A stretch of 64,000 nucleotides of DNA. Source: a virus. The notes under the pieces are model-generated. The model ran no database searches. It worked only from the letters and a program-made list of their open reading frames with translations, and was not told the DNA's origin. Below, one piece after another: positions 46,096-55,918 of this stretch. The position numbers and the translations under genes are program-made. Numbering within the stretch: the stretch's first letter is position 1; every line of letters starts with the position of its first letter. The DNA lies in IMG/VR virus record IMGVR_UViG_3300049491_000383, positions 1 through 64,000 of that record. One strand, 5' to 3'.

Positions 46096-47539
46096 AAAAC
46101 TTCTTTCTCTTTGTCAAGTGCCTCTTAGAGAATTTACAATTCGAGCAAACGTCATAAACGTTTACAAAGTCCTTATCTGGCGCAACTCTAATGCCACGAC
46201 CAATACTTTGAATAACACGAACAAAACTTTTGCCTGCCTCGAATAGGACTAGGTTAAAAATACGAACGATATTTATGCCCGTAGACGCCACACCATAAGT
46301 GGCTATAATAACTTTGCCGTCAACTTCTTGAACTTCCTTGTATTCTTCTTTACGTGCTTTTGATTTCATCTTACCAGAGACGAACACCGAGTCCGGTATA
46401 AGCAATTGTAACTTTTCTCCAGTCTCAATGCGATCAACCAATATAAGTGTGTTTCCACTCTCGGCCATCTCGATAACCTTCTTGGCCAAGAACTTTAGAC
46501 GTGATTGATTTGTAGTAAGCCATTTTAGTTCAGACTGATAGTTGTCAAACTTATCACCCTTGAGTACACTGGCTGTTTGGTCTACAGGATCTTGGTCCTG
46601 CATCTGCCAAACATTCACATGAAGTTGTGCAAGTATACCCTTATCCTGAAGCTCTTTAGTGTTGATCTTACCGAGCATTGGCCCAATACATGCTATTACA
46701 GAGACTTTCTCATGCTCCTCTTCTGGCATTGTACCAGTCAATCCCCACCTTACCGGGGCGTTCTTCAAATATGTCGATAATAACTTTCTCAATACATCGG
46801 CTTTTGCTTTGTGAACCTCGTCCACCATAACGCAAACCACTCCCTTGAAGAAATCGTTTATATCGATCTCTAAATCGATTTCTTTTGAACGCTTTGCTAG
46901 GCTTTCTAGACTTTGCCATGTGCATATTGTGTGAGTCTTAAGATATTCTTTTCTGTCGCCGAAGAATACACCCACATCTAATCCTAAATTTTTATAATCG
47001 TCTTCGGTTTGTGTTACTAAATCCTTGGTGGGTACAATTACGATGCTGCGACCGTAAGGCTGAACCTTGTGGCTTAAAATCGCCGTAATTAGTGTTTTTC
47101 CCGACCCTGTAGGGGCGATGTTTACTCCAGTGAGGTTGTTGAGATAAGAGTTAATTACCTCAACTTGGTGTTCCTGAAGTTTTATAGGATCTCCTGCACG
47201 CTGATGACCCTTAGGCCAACAGATGTTGGAATAGCTGCCTTCATTCACTTCATCAAACACAAAATTATGAGTTGTGTCTCTAAGGTCTTCAATCTCAATC
47301 TCATACCCGCTCTGTTGAACGATAGGTAACAATTTATCTAATAGATTAAGATATGATCTTGCGCCTATATCACAGAAACTCAGCATGCCATCCCATCTTC
47401 CTAATTTATAGGCCGGGGTGTGTCTTGCGTACTCTAGGAAATATTTTACTGAATCAGAAAGTTTTCTACGAGTTACAACATCGAGACCCTCGAATTTTAT
47501 GTTAACTTCGTCTTGGATGATAAGTTTGGTTACTGCCAT
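46049..47539 (-). CDS. uvsW: UvsW-like SF2 helicase
   Basis: WDG, PTGSGKT, DEVH, GLTGT, STGINI, QSIGRGIR. Confidence 0.92.
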   Translation of the reverse strand: MAVTKLIIQDEVNIKFEGLDVVTRRKLSDSVKYFLEYARHTPAYKLGRWDGMLSFCDIGARSYLNLLDKLLPIVQQSGYEIEIEDLRDTTHNFVFDEVNEGSYSNICWPKGHQRAGDPIKLQEHQVEVINSYLNNLTGVNIAPTGSGKTLITAILSHKVQPYGRSIVIVPTKDLVTQTEDDYKNLGLDVGVFFGDRKEYLKTHTICTWQSLESLAKRSKEIDLEIDINDFFKGVVCVMVDEVHKAKADVLRKLLSTYLKNAPVRWGLTGTMPEEEHEKVSVIACIGPMLGKINTKELQDKGILAQLHVNVWQMQDQDPVDQTASVLKGDKFDNYQSELKWLTTNQSRLKFLAKKVIEMAESGNTLILVDRIETGEKLQLLIPDSVFVSGKMKSKARKEEYKEVQEVDGKVIIATYGVASTGINIVRIFNLVLFEAGKSFVRVIQSIGRGIRVAPDKDFVNVYDVCSNCKFSKRHLTKRKKFYAEAQYPFSITKVSY

Positions 47540-48000
47540 TAAATGCTCGCATCATCTAAACCTGCGACCCTAAGTTTTATGATATGTCCAGTCATGAAGT
47601 TCTTTGCTTCGAAACCCTTACTTATTCCTAAGAACTTGTTTCGTAACAGAGCCACTTCATTAACCAACATAGTTGTGTCTACAATGCTCTGCACTCCATC
47701 GACATACTTTTCAGCATCTCTGGAGCTTAGTGATTTCTGATAGGCCTCTAAGAATTTCTTAAACTCTGCCGACCGTTCTCTACGCAATTTGATGTTTAGA
47801 TATTCAAGTACAGCCTCAATCTCTTGCAACTGAGAGAAACGTTGTTCAACCAAACCGGGAAGTTCGGCCGCGTGCTTCTCTAGGGACTTACCCTTTAAGG
47901 ATAGTTCCCTTCGCGCAATCTCTAGTTCCGCTTCATAGTAATCTATGAAGCCGGTTACTTGTGAGAGATCTGAGGTTACTTTGTAATACCAACTGCTCAC
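47539..48000 (-). CDS. uvsY: UvsY-like recombination mediator
   Basis: Coiled coil, EKYVDG, KLRVAGL; lies between uvsX and uvsW. Confidence 0.7.
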   Translation of the reverse strand: MSSWYYKVTSDLSQVTGFIDYYEAELEIARRELSLKGKSLEKHAAELPGLVEQRFSQLQEIEAVLEYLNIKLRRERSAEFKKFLEAYQKSLSSRDAEKYVDGVQSIVDTTMLVNEVALLRNKFLGISKGFEAKNFMTGHIIKLRVAGLDDASI

Positions 48001-48302
48001 AATCCATGCACTCGTTTAATAGCGATTTCCATTGCTTGAATCAGCAATACTGATTTCTGAGTTCTAGACATTAATACTCGTTTGATAGCCATAGCACGGG
48101 GAGGGACACCTAGGTCTTCTGCCAAGGCCTGATGTACCCTAGTCAGATTTGCTGGTTCAGAAATCCAGGTAACGTAGTCGGCACCCACAGTCACATCTCG
48201 CATATTTGCTTTGAACTGCTGGACTTCCGTAATGGCTTTCTGAACATCCTTGCTTTTGATTGTTTCGAGTAGTAATTCTCCAGACTCTTTAGCGGTCATC
48301 AT
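47997..48302 (-). CDS. Hypothetical protein
   Basis: Start at MMTAKES after a GGAG SD. Confidence 0.65.
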   Translation of the reverse strand: MMTAKESGELLLETIKSKDVQKAITEVQQFKANMRDVTVGADYVTWISEPANLTRVHQALAEDLGVPPRAMAIKRVLMSRTQKSVLLIQAMEIAIKRVHGL

Positions 48303-48531
48303 CGAAATCTTCTCCAAATTCTTCTTCAAGTTCACCATCGGACAAATGGCTTCTTGCTGCGGCGCGCATTTCCTTATCTAGATCTTCATCTAGCAAGTCA
48401 TCCTCTACAAGACCAAATTCATCAAATACCACCATAAGAATATCTGCAACTTCTAGACGTTCCTTTGGTGCAATGTGGGATTTAATTCTAGCCCACAATT
48501 CTAGTAATAGTTCGTGATTGTCGTTTACCAT
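48289..48531 (-). CDS. Small acidic hypothetical protein
   Basis: Start at MVNDNHE just after the uvsX stop. Confidence 0.65.
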   Translation of the reverse strand: MVNDNHELLLELWARIKSHIAPKERLEVADILMVVFDEFGLVEDDLLDEDLDKEMRAAARSHLSDGELEEEFGEDFDDDR

Positions 48532-48532
48532 C

Positions 48533-49630
48533 TTATACCTCTTCAACAACTTTAATGGCTATGCCATTTTCTGGTGTATCTGGAATTACAACTTTGAAGT
48601 CATCGTCGGTAAACTCATCCATGATAACCTTCATGCTTGTTTCATCAGTCTGCCATTCTTTTCTGAACATCCTGATGACTTCACCTGTCTTCTTTGAAGT
48701 GTAGGAATAGCGATTGCCTTCCTTAATAAGCACACCCGACTTTTCAAACAAGTCAAACAAACCAGACAATGGGTTCATACCCGATTCCCATGGAATGTCA
48801 ATCTTGATTGATTCGAAAGGTTTGGAATATCTTGTCTTCACAACCTTGCATGTCGAGCGAATACCTCTTACTTCTGAGACCTTGTTTCCTTCTTCGTCTT
48901 CCTTAAGTTTCCACTTTTTCATTGCAACAATGATACTTGATGCAAACATGAAGCCCGAGCCGCCGGAGATCTTGTCATCAGGATCAAACATATCTTGCGA
49001 TGCATAAGTGTGGTTAGTTACAACCATCCCAATGTTCAAATCGCCGAACATGTTTACGCAGTTGCCGACGAATGCCTTCAGCTGCTTTGCCTTACGACCC
49101 ATGTCACCCTTCATGTCACCTGCCTGGAATTGATTAATTTCAGTTGGTGTCAAAAGCATACCTAATGAGTCAATTACGAATAGGATCTTTGGACGGTTTT
49201 CTCTTGGCAAATCAATGTAATCAGCCTTGTAGGCTGTAACAAAGTCGTGAACAATCTTTGCCACTTCATCAATCATTGATGCGCTAATACGCAGCATCTT
49301 TTCTTCACTTGTGTCTACGCCAAGGTTAATCAACCACTTTTCATCAAGCGCGTTTTCTGTGTCAATCATGACAACAAAAATGTCTTGCTCTTGTGCTGCC
49401 TTAGCAATGTTACCGGAAACGATATATGACTTGCCTGCGCCGGAATCGCCTGCAAATACTGTAACCTTACCCATAGGAATTCCACGATAGAAATTACCGC
49501 TGATAAGATAGTTAAGTCCATAGGAACCTGTACTGATCCATGTGTCTGGATCATTGAATCCTGTAGAAATACCTGTGATGTTTTTAGTTAATGATTTGCG
49601 AAATTTCGCAATATCGAATGGCTTTGCCAT
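48533..49630 (-). CDS. uvsX: UvsX/RecA-like recombinase
   Basis: ISTG..LN..ISG, GDSGAGKS, IDTENA, IDSLG, NHTY, SGG. Confidence 0.93.
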   Translation of the reverse strand: MAKPFDIAKFRKSLTKNITGISTGFNDPDTWISTGSYGLNYLISGNFYRGIPMGKVTVFAGDSGAGKSYIVSGNIAKAAQEQDIFVVMIDTENALDEKWLINLGVDTSEEKMLRISASMIDEVAKIVHDFVTAYKADYIDLPRENRPKILFVIDSLGMLLTPTEINQFQAGDMKGDMGRKAKQLKAFVGNCVNMFGDLNIGMVVTNHTYASQDMFDPDDKISGGSGFMFASSIIVAMKKWKLKEDEEGNKVSEVRGIRSTCKVVKTRYSKPFESIKIDIPWESGMNPLSGLFDLFEKSGVLIKEGNRYSYTSKKTGEVIRMFRKEWQTDETSMKVIMDEFTDDDFKVVIPDTPENGIAIKVVEEV

Positions 49631-49631
49631 A

Positions 49632-50126
49632 TTATGTCCTGTCCTCTATATAAGTTGCAATTTTTCTTGCAATTTCTGAGCTCATGTTCGACTTCAATCT
49701 ATTTGCCTCATGACTAATCATAAAAACATTTCCTTTGATATAACCGAGTTCAGGAATAACCTTATCAAACACCGCCTTAGATTTATCTTGATTTCTTTTT
49801 TCGCCGGGCTTATTGGACCAACCATAATTGAGTTTTAAACCCAAGATTGGACAAAATTCCGGTTTATCAATGTCATCTAATTCTATATCAAAAGGTATTC
49901 CCTGACTCTTAGCTTTTAATCTTAAGGAAGTAAATTGTAATCTAATGCTGTTCTCATCGGTGCGATACTTATCATAGTAGCCGGTTAGGTGTAAATCTTT
50001 TTCACATGCCAAACATGCTGATGTTTTTGTACGACGTTCTGAGAGATGCCCTCTTTTACAAGGTTTCTTTGAAGTATATGTAGGCAAATTATGCTGTAGA
50101 GCACTTCGCCTAGAAATATTGTCCAT
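49632..50126 (-). mobile_element. Free-standing HNH-like homing endonuclease
   Basis: CKRGH...CLAC Zn module, CPILG, DKVIPELGY.KGNV..IS..AN..K; inserted between gp32 and uvsX. Confidence 0.7.
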
Positions 50127-50134
50127 AGAAAACT

Positions 50135-50158
50135 AATAGGGATATTTCTATCCCTATT
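50135..50158 (-). terminator. Hairpin/terminator after gp32
   Basis: aatagggata-tttc-tatccctatt (GAAA loop on the mRNA), then AGTTTT. Confidence 0.65.
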
Positions 50159-50169
50159 CCTTTTACGAT

Positions 50170-51261
50170 TTACTTGTTTCTATTGCGAAGCATCGCCAGA
50201 ATCTCTTGAGGAGACTTTTCGGCCTTTACTTCAGTTTTTGCGACTTCCGCAGCGGCAATCGGCTTTACAGCATTATACAATTTTTCAACTGGATCAGCAT
50301 CAAACGGGGGATCGTTGTCATCGGCAGCCTCAACTACTGGCTTTTCAACCTGTAGACGAGTTGTCGGGACTTGGATGCGCGCTGTTTGAACTGCTGGGGC
50401 AGGTGCCGAAGAACGTGCAACACGTTGGCGTTCGCCACCGTCTGCATCTGGTTCACCAGAGTCGAAGCCGAAAGGCTTGTAATGCTGGCTGTACTTCGAT
50501 GGGTCATACAATTCACCGTCTACCGAGTCCTGGAACATTTCGAAGATGATTGCCAACTGTTCTGCGCTTGGGCGCTTTGGAAGGTATGTTGATAGGTCAA
50601 CCAGCTTGTGCTGTTCGACTGCTGCCATCATTTCTTCTGTAACGCTTGATTCTTTACGTGCCCACTTAGAAGTACCGTAGTCAGCAAAACCACCCTTGCT
50701 TGTCTTCGAAATAACGAAGTCAACGCCGTTGATGTAATCAACAGGGCTGTGTGGACCCATTTCTGGATCAAGAAGTGCTGCCTTGATAATTGCGAAAATC
50801 TGTGGTCCGATAATGAACTTACGGATTGGATTTTCTGGAGCGTCAGTTTCGTTAAGCGGATCTTGCTTGACAAAACCTTGCATGTAATAGGTACGCTTGC
50901 ACCAATACTTGCGAGCTGTGTCTTCTAGGGACTTGTCTTTCCACCATGGGCGAACTTCATTCAAAATTGGGCAGGTCTTTGGACCATCCCACATTTCGAT
51001 ACAAGGTACTTGAACGACAACTGGCTTGTTTTCATCTTGGCCTTTGATGCCTGGGAAAGGGAGCTTGATGATTTGACGTTCTGCCCAGAAGAATGTGTTG
51101 TCCTGGTTTGCGTCTGGAAGGAATCTGACGATTGCAGATGTTCCTTCTGGCATGTTCCAATGTGCGTAAGTTGTCTTATCGCCACCACTGAAATTGCTTG
51201 GGTTCTTACGGTTCTCGAGTGCCTGTAATTTCTTACGGATTTCGTCTAGTGTTTTTGCCAT
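50170..51261 (-). CDS. T4 gp32-like single-stranded DNA-binding protein
   Basis: VRFLPD, C....CP, ADY..SKW; acidic C-terminus ending EILAMLRNR. Confidence 0.88.
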   Translation of the reverse strand: MAKTLDEIRKKLQALENRKNPSNFSGGDKTTYAHWNMPEGTSAIVRFLPDANQDNTFFWAERQIIKLPFPGIKGQDENKPVVVQVPCIEMWDGPKTCPILNEVRPWWKDKSLEDTARKYWCKRTYYMQGFVKQDPLNETDAPENPIRKFIIGPQIFAIIKAALLDPEMGPHSPVDYINGVDFVISKTSKGGFADYGTSKWARKESSVTEEMMAAVEQHKLVDLSTYLPKRPSAEQLAIIFEMFQDSVDGELYDPSKYSQHYKPFGFDSGEPDADGGERQRVARSSAPAPAVQTARIQVPTTRLQVEKPVVEAADDNDPPFDADPVEKLYNAVKPIAAAEVAKTEVKAEKSPQEILAMLRNRNK

Positions 51262-51375
51262 GATATTTTATTTCCTGCTTTAGTTTAAATTGAACGCTAT
51301 TATTTGAGCTGCGATCTACTCGGGCCACGTTAGTCCCTTTCGCATCATACCTGCTAAAGGTCTTCGTATGCAGCT

Positions 51376-51404
51376 AGTGTACGAAAACCTTGTGTGTTTG
51401 TCAA
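51376..51404 (-). promoter_or_regulatory. sigma70 promoter for gp32
   Basis: TTGACA-17 nt-TACACT. Confidence 0.75.
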
Positions 51405-51411
51405 GAACTTC

Positions 51412-52905
51412 TTAGTAGAAGTTCCTCATATATTTATCAAAGTGAGCTTCGAGGTCTACTGATTCTTTGATATCCTGTTTAGGTGTATCAACCTTCTCAG
51501 CTACCTTAATGTTTTCAAGAACCTGCGTAAGTACCGCCTTCTCGAAATCATTAACTTGACCTTCCTTGCATAACTTTGAGCCGATTTTATTAACGAACCC
51601 AGCAAGTTCATCATTTTCAACGATCCTCAATGCCAATTCGTTAAGTTTAAATCCTAGGCGAGCATTCTCACTTGCAAATTCAAACATCGGAGTAGTATTT
51701 ATTGCTTCACGGCGAACCACGACCACATTTGCGGCAGCTTCTTCGATGCGCTTGTGGAAAGTATCCTTCTCTTGAACAAGCTGTTTGATGATTGGCAACA
51801 CGCCTTCAAACTTCTCGTCAAAGCGACGAATGGTGAATAGGTCTTTAAGTTGTGATGTATCATCCTCTGCAAGTGCTTCACGTTCAAATGTTTCTAAACG
51901 TGCCTTAACAGTTTCATATGTCTTCACGCCAGTAAGCTTCTTTAGCTCGGTGCGGATTGTCTCAATGTTTTCCTTAACAGTCTCAACGATACCAGAACTG
52001 TCTTCGTTGATTAACTTGTTGGTAGTAACATAACGATTAAAGGATTGAAGCTTCAGTAGGTTGTCTGTACTTTCAATAATGTAAGCGCCTACTTTGTCAG
52101 CCATTACTCCGCCGTGTGCCAAGTGTTGAGCCATAGCTCTTGCGCCAGGTAGATATGTATTTGGGAAACGGAAACGCTCACCATTGCATTCTAGGAAAAT
52201 AGCACCGATGTGGCGTGTTCTTGCTCCACGGACGTTCTCGTCAACTGGTGTCTTGTGCTTCACCAAAATACGGACATTTTCCAATGTTTGTTGCGATGTC
52301 TTCAACGAGCCAAACATCTTGCTAAAGCTTTCCATAATGGCCTCATCTACTGCGATTGAATATTCCATGTGTCCATTCTTGCCAGGAGTTGCAGCTAACT
52401 TTCCATCTGTAACAAGTTTATTCAATACGCGACGTGCTTGATCTAAATCATGCATACCAGTATTGCTACATAGGTCAGCCTCAGAGATTTTTCCACCCCA
52501 TCTCTTTACTGTCTTCATAATTTCACCTACGAGGTGATGGCTGTGTGGATTGATTTCTTCGTTCATTGCTGCACCCTTCATCTTTGCTTGATATGCGTAA
52601 TCTTTAGGTTGAATTGATTTACCAAAAATCTTGATCTTTGAATTCATCATAAATTGATCGGACAGTTTACGAATATTCTTTTGTAGTCCAAGAACAGATT
52701 CATCTACGTCCTTACCTTTGCTGAATTCGACTGTGTTGTTATCTTCATCAATGGTGACCATGATGTTTGGACTAACAACAAAGAAACGACGACCGGCTGT
52801 TGGATCGGTAGTTTCTGCACCAGCTTCGTCGAAGATTTTGACCTGTAGGCCGTTACCCTTTAACAGAGAGAACACTTTTTCCGACAGATCGCTCATTTCA
52901 ACCAT
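51412..52905 (-). CDS. Probable head/structural protein with winged-helix-like insert
   Basis: Late motif at 52927..52934; GERFRFP..GARAMAQH; internal wHTH-like segment. Confidence 0.75.
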   Translation of the reverse strand: MVEMSDLSEKVFSLLKGNGLQVKIFDEAGAETTDPTAGRRFFVVSPNIMVTIDEDNNTVEFSKGKDVDESVLGLQKNIRKLSDQFMMNSKIKIFGKSIQPKDYAYQAKMKGAAMNEEINPHSHHLVGEIMKTVKRWGGKISEADLCSNTGMHDLDQARRVLNKLVTDGKLAATPGKNGHMEYSIAVDEAIMESFSKMFGSLKTSQQTLENVRILVKHKTPVDENVRGARTRHIGAIFLECNGERFRFPNTYLPGARAMAQHLAHGGVMADKVGAYIIESTDNLLKLQSFNRYVTTNKLINEDSSGIVETVKENIETIRTELKKLTGVKTYETVKARLETFEREALAEDDTSQLKDLFTIRRFDEKFEGVLPIIKQLVQEKDTFHKRIEEAAANVVVVRREAINTTPMFEFASENARLGFKLNELALRIVENDELAGFVNKIGSKLCKEGQVNDFEKAVLTQVLENIKVAEKVDTPKQDIKESVDLEAHFDKYMRNFY

Positions 52906-52938
52906 GGTAAAAATCCTTATTCTGCTTATTTATCTGAA

Positions 52939-54513
52939 TTAGATAAAAATTGGCATTGGCGCATCGAAGCTCGAACTGACACCATCAGAGACGTCACTGT
53001 TAATGGCTTCCTGGGATTTATCATCCCATGTAGAAATGTAATCAGTCATTCTTACTGCTAAAATCATTGCCATAATCAAGTCATCGGTCTGTCCAATACG
53101 TGCCTCAAATGTATTACCACGTGAAACAAATACCTTCAGTTCAGACAGCAAGCCCTTTGAATTTATCTTCATCTTGCCAGATTCGATCAAGAATTTCAAT
53201 TTAGCACAAGCTTCAAGTTTAGATTTGTTGGTTGTAACAAAACCAGCACGGCGGCCTGTACGACCTTGCAGCCTATTCTTAGGATCGTGCAACATTGTAC
53301 CTGGAAAGTTTTCTTCACCAGTATCACGAATGACAACAAGTGCGGCTTCGCCAAGCGAATTACTTTCAACAGACCAATAAATGTCTCTTGCACCCAGTGA
53401 ATAAATTTCTTCGAGGATCTTCTTCATTGTACGAACCTGTTCTTCAACTGGTGCTTTGTTGTTACTCCATTCTCCAACCTGTACGAGTGTAGGCAATTCT
53501 AGAATTTGAATTGCTGCATTGTCACCACCTGTTCCCATTGAAGGATCAAGCGAGACAACATATGTAAGTTCTGGACGGATGTCGCCAAACCAACGTACTT
53601 GTCCAGTCTTTCTAATCGGAGTCTTAGCTTCAAGTTGTGCAAGCTTAACTGGATTGATAAGTGTTTCTTCGAATGTAATGAACTGACAGTTGTGTTCACG
53701 TAGGAATCTGTCCTCACCTAGAGCAGCCAATTCAGCATCGGCCCAGGTTTGGTCACGGTCTGGGTGACGGTCCCATGTTGCCATGTATGGACGGAATCCA
53801 TTTACACCAACAGTAGTTTCGTTACCGTTGGCATCAACCATCTTGTTTGCTCCCCACCAAATATCAGCAAATTGATCTTCATCGGTGTTTGGAGTAGAGG
53901 TAATAATACACTTACCACCTGTGGACAAAGTTGGTGATAGTGATGTCCAGAATTCCTTAGCAATGTTTGGTTCTACGAATGCAAATTCGTCCAGGTAAAC
54001 TAAGGACAATGACATTCCACGTCCCGTGTTTTCAGTTGTGGTTGTTGCAATAATACGTGAGCCATTATCGAAGTCTACGGAACGTTTGTTGTAGGACTTT
54101 GCACCTGCACGGATATGGTCTGGCACAGATTCGTAAGCATATCGAACTCTGTGCATAATTTCTTGCGCGCCATCGTATTTGTTAGATGCAATAAGGATTG
54201 TAGAATCTTCGTTGAACATAGCATACCATAGAAGGTAGCCCGCGGCGACAGTAGTCTTACCCATCTGTCGGCTGACCATGTTTACGGAGCGGCGCGAATT
54301 GTGGTAATTGTTAATTAAGTCATATTGGAAATCAAACAGATCGAGTTTCTGCCTACCTTTTGTGGTATGCTGAATATACATATAGTTCTGAATGAAGTAT
54401 GTAGGCCCAGTTACAGGGTCCATACATGCCTTTAATTCGTCAATCTGTTCTTTAGTGTACGATACCTTCTGGTATGCACGCTTGACAAGTTTGTCGTCTT
54501 GGTAAATCGCCAT
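52939..54513 (-). CDS. Terminase large subunit (gp17-like)
   Basis: SRQMGKTT, LVYLDEFAF, ITSTPN, DPSMGTGGD, DDLIMA. Confidence 0.95.
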   Translation of the reverse strand: MAIYQDDKLVKRAYQKVSYTKEQIDELKACMDPVTGPTYFIQNYMYIQHTTKGRQKLDLFDFQYDLINNYHNSRRSVNMVSRQMGKTTVAAGYLLWYAMFNEDSTILIASNKYDGAQEIMHRVRYAYESVPDHIRAGAKSYNKRSVDFDNGSRIIATTTTENTGRGMSLSLVYLDEFAFVEPNIAKEFWTSLSPTLSTGGKCIITSTPNTDEDQFADIWWGANKMVDANGNETTVGVNGFRPYMATWDRHPDRDQTWADAELAALGEDRFLREHNCQFITFEETLINPVKLAQLEAKTPIRKTGQVRWFGDIRPELTYVVSLDPSMGTGGDNAAIQILELPTLVQVGEWSNNKAPVEEQVRTMKKILEEIYSLGARDIYWSVESNSLGEAALVVIRDTGEENFPGTMLHDPKNRLQGRTGRRAGFVTTNKSKLEACAKLKFLIESGKMKINSKGLLSELKVFVSRGNTFEARIGQTDDLIMAMILAVRMTDYISTWDDKSQEAINSDVSDGVSSSFDAPMPIFI

Positions 54514-54516
54514 AAA

Positions 54517-55037
54517 TCAATAATCCCTATCATCATAATCGGGCTCATAATCGTCGCCCGGATCATACTCAGGCGGATCTAGCTTATCTAATTGAGCCTG
54601 AAATGCTCCCAACATACCTTGCGAATATATTGCCGGATTTAACAACTGCTTTAACGTAGCAGGATGAATGTATTTATTAACTGAATGGAATGGAACTTCT
54701 TCATCTTGGATTAAAAACATAGAATCTGTTGAAAAGGCTACCGATTCTACAAGCACATCGGTTCCCGAAGCATATAATGAGCTAGAATATGTGGGACTAT
54801 CAGTTCCATGATTCCAACCTGTTGGATGTTCGTCTGATTCCCATTCGTAGTCAATCTTAGCAGTAATGTCAACATCAAAGCCCACATCAAGGACTTCGCC
54901 GCTGAGACCCATGGCTTTTCCGGCCATGTTTAAACCACCTTCATAGGTGATTGTACTTCCATCGGAATCAAAGTCTCCGTTATAGTCCTGTATGGACACA
55001 TCGGAGACTTGTACCGCTTCAGTTAACTTTTTTTTTT
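54517..55037 (-). CDS. Acidic ORF lacking a clear start; probable frameshift extension of 55019..55918
   Basis: Open +1 frame from the A10 run (..KKKLTEAVQVSD..); alternative internal ATG near 54928. Confidence 0.55.
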
Positions 55038-55918
55038 GGTTTTGCGGTTTCACCCAAGAAAGAACGATAGCTGTAAACAAGTTCCTTGTGAACTTCAGCA
55101 ATCTGCATCTTCTTCTGTTCTGGATTGTCACCCTGACGTGCGCCCGACGGACCTGTAGCACGAACTACTGGACTATCTGCACCATTTGGAAAGTAATCGT
55201 TGCCAGATGCATCGTTTACTTCATCGTAACCGTTTTGTAAGTCGAATGCTTCTTCAAATTCCATATCGCCAGCGCCGCCGTAGTCTTCATCACTACCGTG
55301 TCCTGCGCTTGCTAGAGCATCCGCATCAGCACTCATATCGTCGGGACCATTCATTTCTGGATCGTCACCATAGCTCATTAGACCTTCTTGTTCCAATGCT
55401 TGCTCAAATTCTGCAAGTGAATCTGGATCTAGATTAGCAGAAATTCTATCAAATGCATCTTCTGGTTCCATAAAATGGTTCATAACCATATTTTGAAAAT
55501 CTGACATAGCTTGTGCAACTACATCACTACGTTCTCCCATGCCTTCCATAGCGCATGCAGCATCCGCATCCATTGGGTTCCCTTGATTGCATGAATCAAT
55601 TGCCGGAACTGACTCTGTAGCCATTCCTTGTGATTGGTCAAAGGATGCGTAATCTTGATTACGACCTACAGTGCCTGCAGTTTGCATATCAGATTCAGTG
55701 TCTTCCTTCATAGCATTGCTTAATTGCTTTGTACCGGTGTCGGCCTTGTTGAATTCCTTGGCAACATCCTGGTTCATTCCGGTCTTCTTAGCGAAGTCTG
55801 GATTGTGTGCCGCTGCGGCCATAAAACGAGCCTGCTTTTCCGATGTTGATTTTTCATTCAATCCAGGAACAGCCATAATGCCTTCCATAAGGTTGATCAT
55901 TTCTCTCATGTTCTTCAT
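55019..55918 (-). CDS. Acidic probable internal head protein
   Basis: LME, LNE, MKE, FEE motifs; SEKQARFMAAAAH module. Confidence 0.72.
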   Translation of the reverse strand: MKNMREMINLMEGIMAVPGLNEKSTSEKQARFMAAAAHNPDFAKKTGMNQDVAKEFNKADTGTKQLSNAMKEDTESDMQTAGTVGRNQDYASFDQSQGMATESVPAIDSCNQGNPMDADAACAMEGMGERSDVVAQAMSDFQNMVMNHFMEPEDAFDRISANLDPDSLAEFEQALEQEGLMSYGDDPEMNGPDDMSADADALASAGHGSDEDYGGAGDMEFEEAFDLQNGYDEVNDASGNDYFPNGADSPVVRATGPSGARQGDNPEQKKMQIAEVHKELVYSYRSFLGETAKPKKKVN

